64,000 bases of DNA from Catajapyx aquilonaris (taxonomy: Eukaryota), in NCBI GenBank assembly GCA_000934665.2, contig JYFJ02001298.1, positions 1-64,000 of the forward strand, given 5' to 3'. The position numbers and the translations under genes are program-made. Below the pieces are notes generated by a model. That model saw only the letters and a program-made list of their open reading frames with translations. It did not search any database and was not told the DNA's origin. Shown in pieces: positions 39,501 to 50,533 of this stretch (position 1 is the first letter of the stretch; every line of letters begins with the position of its first letter).

Positions 39501-40590
39501 TATTAAGAGGAAAAGTACAATGACTTTTCTACTGCTGATGAAGAAAAAACCCGTGCATTTTCTACAAGCTTTTTCTCAAAACTGTGCACTCAAATCTGAC
39601 ATCTGTCATTTATTGTCATTATTGAAAATGCTGACCGCTAAGAGGAAGTTTGCTGTGGTCTCATCTCTCAGCACAGTCATGAACCGTAGTCCTTCGGGCC
39701 TCCGTGTGAAAGAGGACAGGGTGTCTCGTAAGTAGTTGTCATACTGAGACTTGTAGCGACCTGGCACCCGGAATAAAGAGATGGCCGTTCCAGAATCGTC
39801 GTCCCTGACAGGTTGAGTGACAGCGCTGATTAGTTGATGAATCTCTTCAGTGCCTATATATAAACAGATTAATGATCAAGTAATTGTGAGAATAAAATTT
39901 AGTAAAAGTCTCACCGACGGAATCATCTACAAAGAGGCAAACGTCTTTCCAGTGAAGGGCACCATCTTGCCTCATGTCCAAAATTATTTGATTCAGGTAA
40001 GCCTGAGACGGAATAGCGGCAATGGACATGGACATGGATGACCTCAACCGAAGACATCCAGGTTCTAAAGTAAAAACATTATCATAAGCTGCACTCTGTA
40101 TTATTGCTCTATATCCAGTACCTGTGATTAGGGCAGCCTGATAAGCATCTCCTTCCTGCATAGTCTCCTGAAGTCTCCAGGTCATGTCACAGCCTCCAAC
40201 ACTCATGACCCCGCCGATATCTGAATTTTACAGTTAATTTTAAAGTATGTTCAACTTATATTAAAGCATTATTACCTCCAGGTAAATGCATGGCTTCATT
40301 GCTGGCTACAAATTCAATGCTGAGGTTTCCATGAACTAGAAAATCTGCCTGGGCCGATATTTTGGCTTCAGTTATGATAAATCTGAGTCCCTGCTGCTGT
40401 GAGTCGTTCCCTTCCAAAACGACGCCTGCAATATTTATTTACACCTCATGAACCCTGCACAAGTCAATTGAATAAAAATACACGTACCCAACACAGAATC
40501 CTGAAATTCGAAGTCTCCTTGCTCAGAGTCATCCTGAGCAATGCTGCAACCAAAGGCACACAACAGGAAAAACCGAAAGATCCTTTGCAT
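36518..40590 (-). CDS. Ir93a: IR93a-like ionotropic receptor. Exons about 40590-40488, 40425-40275, 40220-40122, 40064-39915, 39853-39636, 39491-38955, 38906-38800, 38648-38393, 38336-38183, 38120-37689, 37621-37543, 36895-36723, 36639-36518
   Basis: It has a signal peptide and long N-terminal domain (CDMTW...EPGCLRL). Further segments are FPNVQGGMRGRVL..FHFPPWQIV, GLVFRILDELS..MNF, GRLLLFLQPY, WYVMGAALQQGG, TLYSGSLVALL, SGLVAKWK..WPAKRTC and VGLEDLAGTFCLL. It is clearly an IR; the IR93a assignment comes from motif recall. Confidence 0.78.
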
Positions 40591-41696
40591 GCTGGCTTAA
40601 ACCAGCCAGACATTTTGCTGATTTTGTTCCGTGCCTTGCAAACAATCGCGAATCACTGAACCACTTCTGGGCAAGTAATCTGACAAAATAAATTGGATTC
40701 CCATACCTTCAAAAGATGTCGTGTTCTTTCTCAACAAGAAAAATTCCCACAACTTCGGATTCACTTCATTTTAAAATTGCATTATGCCATTACCATACGA
40801 CGGGGAGATTCACCTCAGTGCACTTTATTTGAGCTGTATCGCAAATCCAATTGTACAAAATCCATATTAGTACCACACTGGAAGTATGATTACATCATTA
40901 CAATATTACAATTATTGTTTATTGAATTAGTGTAATGTGTTATTAACATCTGTTTATGCTTTATGAGATTTCAAGCAGAGGACGAGTACATCATTATTCA
41001 GTGGCATTATTTATTCTTCACATTGCCTTACAACACTAAATGAAACCTTTTGATCTCAGTGCATGGCAAAACGAAGCTGATTAATAATTCAGCGTGAAGG
41101 CTATGACCTTTACGACTAACACTTCTTCAACAACATGCAGTAATGTGTGAGGGTGTAATGTGAATAGGTGTGTCCAGTTTTTTTCAGATATGATTAACTG
41201 AGCACATGCGTCGTTTTATGGCAAAGAGTGTGACCTTTATACGCACCGTGCCATAATGAAAGCTGAAAACAATTGAATCAGTGGCAAATACTATTACTCT
41301 TGTCAAATCAAATATTTACCATATTCCATCAGTAGGCTATAGCCTACCTTTATTTACACGGCTCTAATTCCATGAATGTTTTAATACTATGCCTGAATCC
41401 TATATGAGCCGGTAACGAAATAAAAAATGCACACATCCGGAGTGGAAAGGCAAGCTGAATTTTGCCAGCGGATATCACAAGCATTGCTGCGATACAGTTA
41501 TCATACAGTATGAATCAGGAAATGAAGCTGCGGTGGGTAGAGGTTGTGCAGTACAGATGGCGACAGAAGCCCCGTTTCCCTTGAAGAAAAAGCCAGGCCA
41601 AGGAAAACATGTACATGTGGCAACCAATGAGCACATTTTCTCGCTTGCATACTGCACGGTAGAGTGACTGACTCTCTGACAGTCTGCACTGCAAAC

Positions 41697-43061
41697 ATGG
41701 AGCCCAAGTTGGTTCTCTTATTTTTGGTTGTTCTGGCTGCCACATCGGCCCAGAAGTGCAACCTGACAGACATAGCGGAGGACTCTTGCTCTCTGACCCC
41801 ACTGGAGGTCACTGCTCATGGTGGCACCCTGTTCATAGACGGAAACAACTGCAACGAACTGGCAGACAAGACGATATTTGCCAACCAGCCCAGGGTCACT
41901 TTCCCGCAAGCCCAAAAGGTCAGGTCTATTTATCTATACGATATTTTTAAAGTACATCCTGCGAGGTAATTTTCCCGATACATCAGCTGTTCAGTGTATG
42001 GTAACATGTGCTGTCTGTACGGATGTGTTTTGTGTTTATGGGTGAATGAGTTGGGATATTCCAGGAAACAATTCCTTGCATGCCGGTAGTTTATCGCATA
42101 ATTGCATGCATAGCTTGCCTATATAGCTGGGGAGCCTGCATATGAATACACGGAAGGAATCCTAAGAATGTGCATGCGGAAATAGGGGTCTTTTTATAGC
42201 ATATACGGTATACGATACAACGACTAATAATACCGCAGTATAGTCTTGTCATTTGCAGTAAAACGAAATGAACAATCTGCCACTCTTTCGGCTAGGTTGT
42301 GTAGATATTTTACGCATCTAAAAATGAAATGCTCAGCAAAAACTTTCAAATGGAAAGCATGTTGTAGCCACTACTACAATATGCTAAAGGCATCCATCTA
42401 GTTGTGCATATATTTTGGTAAAAAGCGTTGTTATGACATGTAGGCCGTAGATTCAAAGTGGGCGGCTTTGCTTGTGTATGTAGGCGTAGCTGAGGTCTAG
42501 AGGTCGGGAGGTTGTTGCTAATATTAATAACGTCAGATAATTAATATTTTGTTTACATTTATGTTGCAGGATAGCTTATATTCTCTGGCCATGCTGGATC
42601 CCGACGCTCCTTTACACGACACCGGTGAATACTGGCTGCACTGGCTCCAAGTCAATATCCCGGTTTGTCCCATTCATTTGACGCATATCCGATGGTCGAT
42701 GTCATGTCAAAATCTTGAACATTTTCTTTTGCTTACTTCCAGGGAGACGACCTTCTCGGAGATGGTATTCTGAACGGTAGAGTGGTGATGGGTAAGTGAA
42801 CGTTACTGTACAGTATATCATATAGGTGCTCATTTTGAACTCTTTTTTTCCTTTTCTTTTGTAGCATACAAAGGCCCTGGACCGCCACGTGGAACCGGAC
42901 AGCATCGCTACCAGTTCTACGTGTGGAGTCAGGAGAGCCCCAGCAGCCTCTCGCAGGAGACCCTTGGACCAAACAGGGCCAAATTCAAGGCGCAGGATTT
43001 GGTCAAGAAGAAAGGCTGGTGTGGGCCTGAGGCTGGCATCCAGTTCAAATCCGAATACTAA
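41697..43061 (+). CDS. Secreted phosphatidylethanolamine-binding protein (PEBP family), copy 1. Exons 41697-41918, 42570-42662, 42743-42791, 42865-43061
   Basis: Signal peptide MEPKLVLLFLVVLAATSA and the PEBP motifs YSLAMLDPDAP, YWLHWLQVNIPG, YKGPGPPRGTGQHRYQF. Confidence 0.9.
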
Positions 43062-43922
43062 GATCTGTTGTGACGGTTCAGCAAACAAGAAAAGTCCATT
43101 ATACAGCCCACCATATTATTTTGCCGCGTCCGGTTTCACAGTATTGTCATGTATTCCTGTGGTTGTACAAACTAAAATGACAGTTTCCTGCATTGAATAC
43201 GTAGGTCTTTTTTTGTGTGTGTGTGTCCCAGGTTATATATCTCAGGTCAAAATGATGGGAATAGAACGCTATTCATTTTACTTTCTAAACGTCCTGATTA
43301 GTCATTCCCGAAATAGAGTAATGTACTCTTCCTGTACGCTTCCATAATCCATAATCTAAATATCCCCTCTTTCCTTTCCTCTTTGAGTACGCCCTTCATT
43401 ACTGGTTATTAAACGCCTACACGGCATTAGTCTGTCTCATACACCGCTTTGGATGGTAAAGCTGACGATATATAGAGTATTATTTTGCAAACGGCCTGAT
43501 GCGCAGAATGAACACGGCTGCATTTGAAAATTTCGAGACATGAGATTGCATGATTCGTTATATGGGAGCCCTTTTCAAAACATTTCTCTAGACGACTGTA
43601 ATTGCTTAAGGATTTCATGGCCGTCAGAAAGAATGCGCCAAGGACTGTGACAACCAATCACTAATTCAGTTTCGAGAAAAATTTGACACTGATCGTTTTG
43701 CAAATTATAGACTTTAATTTTTCTGCAATGATTTGCTATCATAAATTATGCTGTTTTAAAACTCTTCCTGGTTGAGTACATACGCATCTACTCTCAGCTT
43801 TCATACTCGTAAAGCGTGCGAGAGAGTAATAATCGTGTATAGGCCCTACCATAATAATTGCTTATGTCTCATGTTTTGATGTACTGTATCTAATCTTTAA
43901 TTCGCTCACATTTTCCAACCCT

Positions 43923-43968
43923 GCAAGGTCGGGGTATGGGGAACTTGTTCCCCATGTCCCGACCTTGC
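43923..43968. repeat. Near-perfect 46-bp inverted repeat (hairpin)
   Basis: GCAAGGTCGGGGTATGGGGAAC-TT-GTTCCCCATGTCCCGACCTTGC. The two mismatches would be G:U pairs in plus-strand RNA. Confidence 0.8.
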
Positions 43969-45194
43969 TATTCCATTCTGATCGTTCCTATTGGAGTCAC
44001 CAGAGGGACCTAGACTCAACAGAATGTTTCCAACTACAACCTCTAAAAGTGTGTTCTAACGCGAATGTAGATGGCGGTGCACACCACATTTTGTCATCAA
44101 GTTGCTGACAAACCATTACGTAAAACAACATCTCACGTAATGGTAGTAAAACTCATGATTATTGCAAAGACACACTGACATTCATAAAAATAAAACACGT
44201 CCAGAATGTTTCCGAGTTATCAAACATTGGCAAGAATATTGTACACTCCTGTGTCGCACTCAGCATATTTTATAGACTATGCATCGTGTGAAATTGGAAA
44301 CTTCAATCGGTTATGTGAGACTATTAAACTTTAATAGTCTCACATAACCGATTGAATCACTTGCAAGCCTGTCAACATGATTACGAGATGCTCCTCAGGG
44401 GTATCCCAGCATGAATAATTTTGTAATGAACATATTAATTTAAGTGGAAATTTCCCCCCAGTGATATTAAAGTAAATGTGAGGCACTTTCTCCCATCGCT
44501 TCTGGAATTGCAACCATTCGAGCTTCAATTTTTATCATTTTGCCATTTATGTATGTGAGTTTGGCATTGACTTAACGCAAAAAATAGTACAATATAGTTG
44601 CGTAGCATTTAATTTGTTACCAGCGGATGTAGCGCAATTTGCGTTAACATTAATTATTCAATGACAGTTGCGTGCAATGACTTTATTTGAATTCCACCAT
44701 GAACAATATGCTGCATATGACACTATTTATATGAACTCAAATTAGCAGTTCCAGGTGAGAAATAATTATTTAACATTAGTGCTGACTTGTCAAATAAAAG
44801 TTGCTATATTTCATATAGGTATTGTACCAACTGCCGTTTGTTAATATCAAATTATCAATATTTCCCCCACATTACGAAAGAAAAAGTTGTCACACGTTCC
44901 AGAGCAATGTAATAGCTCATTGATTCCAACATTGGAAACGCAATACTTAACAACAAAAAAACATATCCGAAATCATAACATTGCGATACGTTTATACGGT
45001 ATGGATAAGCTCAGGAAGCGGTAGGTAGAGTTGATGCGAAATAGATGGCGATAGAGGCCCCGTTTCCTGTGAAGCAAAATCCGCAGGCTCAGGATAACAC
45101 ATCCTTAAATGTGGCAACCATCGGATAACAACAACACCATATATTCCCGCGTGTCCTGTGCACGGTCCATCAGTGGACAGTCTGCACTGCGAAA

Positions 45195-46879
45195 ATGGAG
45201 TTCAAACTGTCTCTCTTTCTGGTGGTGATGGCTCTGGGTGCGACATCGGCTCAGATGTGCAGCCTGAAAGACATGGCAGAGGATGCATGCACTCTGACCC
45301 CACTGGAGGTCACTGCCCAGGGTGGCAACCTGGTCATAGACGGAAACAACTGCAACGAACTGGCAGACAAGACGATATTTGCCAAGCAGCCCATGGTCAA
45401 TTTCCCGCAAGCCCAAAAGGTCAGATCTATTTATCTGTACGATTTTGTTAATGTCCTGTGTAGCCTATACATATCACTCACATGTGCATTTATTATACAG
45501 TACGATGGGTGTCTGTAAATGTGTTTGCATTTCGTGGGTGAATAAGTTAGGAGATTTACGGAAACATATGTACACCCTTCATTCATTGCAGTGATAGTAT
45601 ATAACACATGATTGCATTTACAACTGGGGAATGTAATTAGCAAGCACACCATAGCATGTACACTGAACAATGCCGTAGTTAGTCTATTAGCACTTTTTGC
45701 AATTTGTAAAACAAAAAGCAGGCAAATAAAGATTTTAATTGCCGCCGCATTAATTTTCCGAAGCAGCGGTTTATATATTTTAACCTGGCATTTATGGCAA
45801 ATACGTTCAGTGGAAAGGTCATATTAACATAATTGTAAAAGTGGCAGGTATATATCCACCTAGTTCTGCACATGCTTTATTAGTAAAAGGAATTTGAAAA
45901 TGTCAGAGGCTAGACTGACGTGTAGGCCTATGGTGTAGGCATTATTCAGAAGGGTGGTGGTCGCTCTGTTTTTATGTGGAGGAGGAGTTCGTTGAGGTCG
46001 AGAGGCCATAACTCTGAATAGAAAAAAGACCTTAAAAAAGGGACAAGCACCTGGACTCTAAATACCATTGTTCAAATCCTCCAGGACCATCAGTAAACTG
46101 ATTAAAATATTGGTTTCGGTTATTTTTGTATGCAAAAACACGTTTGTGGGATTCTAAATCGGGAGGTTCCTAAAAAGACTGGCGGAATTAGAAATCAGTG
46201 ACGTCAGAGTGGTCGGCCTTTGCGTCAACAAAAAGGACAGTTGTCTTTTGTGTCACATGGGGCACTATACAAAAATAAATATATCTATTTGTACGAGTAT
46301 TTCTGTTTCAGGATCGTTTGTATTCCCTGGCCATGCTGGATCCGGACGCTCCTGACAATGGACCGGATGAATATCATCTGCACTGGCTCATCGTCAATGT
46401 TCCGGTTCGTCCTAATTAATTTTACACAAAATATATTGCAAATTCATGGCAGCCCATACTGTACATATGCAACTTTTAAAGTGCTGCTCATGTGTGGGCA
46501 CCGTCTTACACAAATCCATAGAAAAAGACGCTCTTTGACATTTTCTTTCTCCCCCATACAGGGCAACGACTTTCTCGAAGACGGCAACCTGAGCGGAACA
46601 ATAGTGATGCGTAAGTGTATCTATAATAAAATTCTGTGCACTCAACTTCCAAACTTTCTGACCTTCCTTTTTTTGATTCAAGCTTACGCAAGTCCCATGC
46701 CGCCACGTGGATCCGGCCAACATCACTACCAAATCTACCTGTGGAGTCAGGAGAGTCCTAGCAGCCTCTCTCAGATGACTTTTGGACCAAACCGCTCCAA
46801 ATTCAATGCCCAAATGATGGTTCAGAACGAAGGCTGGTGCGGACCTGAAGCCGGCATCCAGTTCAGAATCCAATATTGA
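45195..46879 (+). CDS. Secreted PEBP family protein, copy 2 (tandem duplicate). Exons 45195-45419, 46312-46404, 46562-46610, 46683-46879
   Basis: Signal peptide, LDPDAP, HLHWLIVNVPG and YASPMPPRGSGQHHYQI. It has the same 4-exon structure as copy 1. Confidence 0.9.
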
Positions 46880-49800
46880 GGCAAAATTTTTGAGAATGAG
46901 AAACATACTATTTTCCGCTTCAAAGATTCCTGCTTATGTTCCTTCAAAAGTATTATTCTCCGGATCTCTCTTTTGGTTGTGTTCAGCTGATTTTTTTTTT
47001 TTGGAGATATTCCGCTCCCTGAACTAGCATAATGTACTCTTCCATTACCGCTTATTAAAACGCCTGTTTGAATGGCATACTGCTAATAATAATAAAATAT
47101 TTCAATTGCGCATTTTTACGCACTTTATCTGTTACTCAACAGGTTGTACTTTCCCTATATATGTGAAGACCACGCATGTTTCGGAAGCCGCCAAGGGATG
47201 TCGGAATGGTGCGTTCCTCCTGTTGCCTCCTTTCCTTCCTTGCGAGTGAAATGGGTCCGACCAAAACCCCATGTACCCACCCACCCCCCCTTCAGGTGGG
47301 CGGCATAATCTTCCCCCTCCACACAGTCCCCCCTCCCCCAACCCAAATCAATACTTTGTTTCTATCCAGCAGAGTGCGTGCAGTGCGGTGGAAATAGCAT
47401 CGCCATGGTGACGACGATTATATCTACAAAAGAGAGAGAGAGAAAAATGAGGGGTCTAGTGTCATACACTGTCTGCTAATAAATATATATAAAAAGAAAA
47501 AGTGACGTCGATTTTAGCGTGTGCGCTTTTTTTTATAAAAAAATTGTTTCCGGAAGAAGGGGGGGTGACGTAGCTTAGTCCAATAATCCCGGTTATCAGC
47601 TAATTTGATCTCTAGTCCCCTTGGTCTTATGGCGTACGAAAAAAGGGGTGTCCTCACGTCACGTGTCAGATCAAATATAATTCGTGCCCATGAGCCCTCC
47701 TTCTGGGGGGTCTAAAATTAAGCTGGACGGGAATAGACGATATCGACTTGGTGGAGGTAGAAAATGGAGTCAATAAATGATATAATCAGAGAATACCTGG
47801 CTTATTGGAGAGAGATGGTTGAATATATATAGGGTTGTGTGTCGACCTTCCACAAGGTCACGCACGGGGTCCCACATGCTCACGGCATTTTAATTGACTA
47901 GCTGCGGATTCACGTGGTGTTTGTGGCCTGCGCCTTCTTGTAATTATTCCCATTCAAGGTGGAGTCAAAATATTCCGCTACTGGTTTTTATTAGTTAATA
48001 TCCGTGTAGGATATCCTGGTTTACTGGCAACCTGAATGTCTCGTTTGAGTTTGTGGTTGCGACATCGGCAGGATAAAACTTCCCACGCTTCAATCTTGTC
48101 TGGGCATCCGGTATTGAGAAGGAAACTTCAGAGTGCCAAACTCGGTGTTTAACTAGTTTAGGACTTCAAAAATGCAATAATTGCAAATGAAAGTGGGCGA
48201 GCGATTCTTTTGACTGTTATTATCGCTAAGAATGAACTGGTTCAGAGCAGACTCTGAACTCTGAAATAGTGGAATGCAATATGAATACTTGAATGCAATT
48301 ATAACCATTTGGTCAAACTAGGTTGGTGGTGATGTCAGTTTTCTGACAGAGAAATTACAGTCTCCACCAAATTGTGCTGCAAATGCAACCCATTCTTGGA
48401 CACTGTAACTTGAATGTCACGTAACCGAGCCACAGTTTAAACCACAGGTTCCAACAAGGCCAACCAAAATCGTCTTTGGCTGTGCAAAAAAACGAAGCAA
48501 CGAGAGAACGAAAATAAAAGCGTACACTATACCGCACTTGCTCAAGTCCACAATCCAACAGTAGAAAATGAAACGTAGTTATAGTTATTTTAAGCCACAT
48601 AATTACAGTTTAATGAAAAAGAAACCCCTTGGATACAAATCAGGCTCATCTTTACTTGTTGCTTCTGTCAAGTTTCTCTGAAAATTACATAATTTCGTTC
48701 TCCTCCTTCTCCTTCTGAACGATTGGCTCGAGAAAGGCAGCCATTACAGATGTTTCATAATATTTCAGACAAACATGATAGAAAGAGAAAGTTCCCGGAT
48801 TTCTGAGGAATCTCTTTAAGATGAGGTATCATTTAGTTGCCGCATAGTCAGTGACTATTGCTTGGTGGATCATTGAACTTGAAAATAAAACGTTCTTCCT
48901 TCAAAATTTTTTTCCCTGAACATTTATAGGGGATTGTTCATCCCGAATTTCGACCTTTGCACTTTTTGTCCCCGAATCGCATCCCACAATGGCTTTGATT
49001 TAATTTCCTCCCCCGAAGCCCCCAATACCCAAAGGGTCTCCCGAATAAAAGATCTAATTGACGGCGGATTTCACGCCAACTGCCGATGATGATGACTGTT
49101 GCGGGGGCGAATGAACCTGTGTTGCGGCATCCCCCCCCCCCCNGGGTCAACTCTGGGTCAAAGGTAAAGCTCGGTGCGTGCGATGTGCGTGTGTGGGAGT
49201 GCTTTCCAGGGGAAATAGACTCTTCCCATACCTAGCTCCCTCCCCCACCACTAGTACTTCCCTCTTCAACCCCCTCCCACGCGCCGGTTGAAGGTCAGAG
49301 GTCGATGAAGCCAGCTCTAGACCTCCCCTTCGTGGAGGTCAAGGCCTCTCAACCCCCCACCTGTTGCAGGGCAGTATCACGTCTCAGCAGCAGACAAGGC
49401 AACAATATTGGTCTCCAAGGAAGTGGGCTCTTTGGTGACTGCTGACGCTCCCGACGGTGATGACGTCGAGTCAACTGTCGCCATGGGCACACATACGCTT
49501 GACGGTACACCCCCCCCCCCTCCGTCCCCAACTTACAAGGTGGGAAGGGGAAACAGACCTAAAAATAACACAGGACGATAAAAATCCGGAGCTGCGAATG
49601 ATCCGCGCTTGCATTTTTATGTGACGACAAAAGACAACAAAAATATTTATAGAAAGCGTCTGCTTGCGTCATATGGTCTTCTGGACGCGAAATTGTCGTG
49701 AAACCGAGGTTAGATCCATTTCGGACGCAAGTTGACCACGAGGGAAGCTAATTCTGGACACCGCAATCGTATATAAGGGGGCGGGGGAGGGGGCCCCCCG

Positions 49801-50289
49801 GTTCTATTTCGGACTACCACTGACCATCGACTGCTAATTTTGAACCACGTAATGCTTCACCCTCGTGACGAACACACTCGGACCCTATAGGTTTTATGAA
49901 GCCCGCCAACCAGTTTGACGCCACGTTTCGTGTCGGTATAATGTAAGGAGCTTTAACACATCAGGCACCCCCCAACTCTATATACTCGCCTCATTCGAAA
50001 CGATTTGAAAGGTCGTGTCAGTACAAAGGGTAACTCTGTGAACACAGGTAATAATATTACATTGTTGATTTCCAGGATACCAATATTGTCAACCAACAAT
50101 ATAACATTATTACATATTTATGTGTCCAGACTTTAGAATCACCCTGTAGTTTTGGGACGATCGCAAATGTTTTTCTTTTAATATTTTATTTTATTGATTT
50201 ATTTATTGATACACAACCCGTAACTGTATACAGGTGGTCTAAACCCATTATCATTTAGTCACTGCTCCATGCCGGCTAAAAGATCAGTC

Positions 50290-50445
50290 CATAGTTTCGA
50301 TGGGTTCTCTCCGTATTCGCGTGGGTTTTCTCGGGGGCTCTCCCGTTTCCTCCCACCATCACAGCACCTACAAATTATTAAAGGCGGCCAATGAACAGAT
50401 GATCCCCTAAAAGGCCTATAAGAAGACCTATATCCCGGAGTATCC

Positions 50446-50447
<2 letters not shown>
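50290..50447 (+). mobile_element. SINE fragment with a V-domain-like core
   Basis: GTTCTCTCCGTATTCGCGTGGGTTTTCTCGGGGGCTCTCCCGTTTCCTCCCAC resembles the V-SINE central domain as I recall it. It is followed by a (TTA)n tail. Confidence 0.55.

Positions 50448-50532
<85 letters not shown>
50448..50532. repeat. (TAT)n microsatellite, about 28 units
   Basis: Directly visible in the sequence. Confidence 0.97.

Positions 50533-50533
<1 letters not shown>

Noticed and set aside
5134..46879. Treating steroidogenic genes, SLC5, IRs and PEBPs as one functional super-cluster
   Set aside because: A housekeeping peptidase is interspersed and nothing in the sequence links the groups. Proximity in a compact genome is sufficient explanation.
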